A stretch of 64,000 nt of DNA from NCBI RefSeq assembly GCF_030013205.1, contig NZ_CP122648.1, one strand, 5' to 3'. A program made the position numbers and the translations under genes. Below are positions 63,037 to 64,000 of the stretch, piece by piece. This DNA comes from Escherichia coli (GTDB lineage: Bacteria; Pseudomonadota; Gammaproteobacteria; Enterobacterales; Enterobacteriaceae). Under the pieces are notes generated by a model. It was not told the origin of the DNA. It saw nothing but the letters and a program-made list of their open reading frames with translations, and did not search any database. Numbering within the stretch: the first letter of the stretch is position 1; the number at the start of each line of letters is the position of its first letter.

Positions 63037-64000
63037 ATGGCGATTCATGTAGAGCATGTCGGTGTATTAGAAAGAGCCAGAGAAGTTTCTCGCTTAGAGG
63101 ACATTATCACAGAAGATAATGAAGATATTGAAGCTGAAATGCCTAAAATGGGGGATGATCCCGCCGGTAAAGAAGCTCGATTCTTACAAGCTACTGACGA
63201 GATGTCAGCAGCGTTAACGCAGTTTATGAAGAAAAAAATCTACGAAGAACAACTGGCCAACTTTCTGGACGGAGAAGAATATGTCCTGGAAGATCAGCCA
63301 ATAGAAAAAACCGATAAAGTCATGGAGGCGCTTAAGGCAGCAACTACCCATGACTATGAAGTGTATAGCTTTGCTAAAAAATTATTTCCAGATGAAAGCG
63401 ATCTGGTGGTTGTATTACGTGCAATTTTACGTAAAAAACAAATATCTGAAAATGTGCGGCTAAACGCTGAAGCATTACTTAAAAAAGTTAATCAAGAAAC
63501 TACTAAAAAATTCATTAATAGCGGTATTAACTCGGCATTAAAAGCAAAGTTATTTGGCCAGGCGTTGTCATTAAATCCAAAATTACTAAGGGCAAGTTAT
63601 CGACAATTTTTAATGGCAGAAGACGATGCTGTAGATACTTATGTCGAATGGATTGGTAGTTATGGCTATCAAAATAGAATACTGGTGACAAAATTTATCA
63701 AAGAGACGCTTTTCTCAGATATAAATGCACTTGATGCGAGCTGTTCATCATTGGAATTTGGTATGTTTCTCAATAAGTTGTCACAACTATTGTCTCTTCA
63801 GTCGGCAGAGGCTCTATTTCTGAAAACTTTAATGAATAACCCAATAATTAATAAATTTATTAGCGCAGAAGATTATTGGATATTTTTTCTGATATCGTTA
63901 ATAAAATTTCCTGAGACTGCAGAGGAACTCCTGAAAAATGCACTGGTAACCCTACCCGCAGATGCTAATTATAAAGACAAAACGTTACTCCTGAAGGCGA
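63037..64000 (+). CDS. eivE: T3SS gatekeeper (InvE/SctW-like), 3' end beyond window
   Basis: The frame is open from ATG 63037 to the window end (MAIHVEHVGVLERAREVSRLEDIITEDNEDIEAEM..). It is absent from the ORF track because it has no stop in the window. The layout is InvE/MxiC/SepL-like. Confidence 0.75.
   Translation, partial: MAIHVEHVGVLERAREVSRLEDIITEDNEDIEAEMPKMGDDPAGKEARFLQATDEMSAALTQFMKKKIYEEQLANFLDGEEYVLEDQPIEKTDKVMEALKAATTHDYEVYSFAKKLFPDESDLVVVLRAILRKKQISENVRLNAEALLKKVNQETTKKFINSGINSALKAKLFGQALSLNPKLLRASYRQFLMAEDDAVDTYVEWIGSYGYQNRILVTKFIKETLFSDINALDASCSSLEFGMFLNKLSQLLSLQSAEALFLKTLMNNPIINKFISAEDYWIFFLISLIKFPETAEELLKNALVTLPADANYKDKTLLLKA

Overview
The window is an Escherichia coli-type chromosome segment, inverted relative to the K-12 map as I recall it. 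It has four parts.

(1) 1-29155: a conserved purine and putative selenium/molybdenum-hydroxylase neighbourhood. Gene order is ghxQ (partial, apparently frameshifted), guaD, xanQ, xdhD, ygfM, ssnA, ygfK, mocA, yqeC, yqeB, yqeA, hyuA, ygeY, ygeX, ygeW, ygeV, xdhCBA, ygeR and tRNA-Gly(CCC) glyU. Three sigma54-type promoter matches lie upstream of xdhA, ygeW and ygfK.

(2) 29156-43403: Island 1, about 14.2 kb, inserted at the glyU 3' end. It has a PICI/P4-like satellite layout: integrase, AlpA, antirepressor, P4-type primase, an iteron origin, a ProQ/FinO protein and a PerC-family protein. It also carries an unexpected block: a tail-assembly-chaperone-like gene with a T TTT TTT -1 slip site, a tape-measure-like gene, and a Nu1-like HTH protein next to a repeat field.

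(3) 43404-58149: Island 2, about 14.7 kb and AT-rich, bounded by two more copies of the glyU 3' end. It encodes its own tyrosine integrase, a serine recombinase, RHH and wHTH proteins, and a head-decoration-like plus major-capsid-like gene pair. It also has a tape-measure-like gene hit by IS2 (5-bp CTATT duplication). About 3 kb of it is ORF-free, highly structured DNA containing phased palindromes, about 75-bp inverted repeats, and two near-consensus promoters. The promoters share their initial transcribed sequence and are each followed by a terminator.

(4) 58150-64000: the edge of the ETT2 type III secretion island, with a GH15-like secreted protein, eivF, eivG and the start of eivE.

The most promising candidate for something undescribed is Island 2 and its non-coding control regions. 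The second is the tail chaperone/tape-measure module of Island 1. All family assignments come from reading the translated sequences; no database search was possible.
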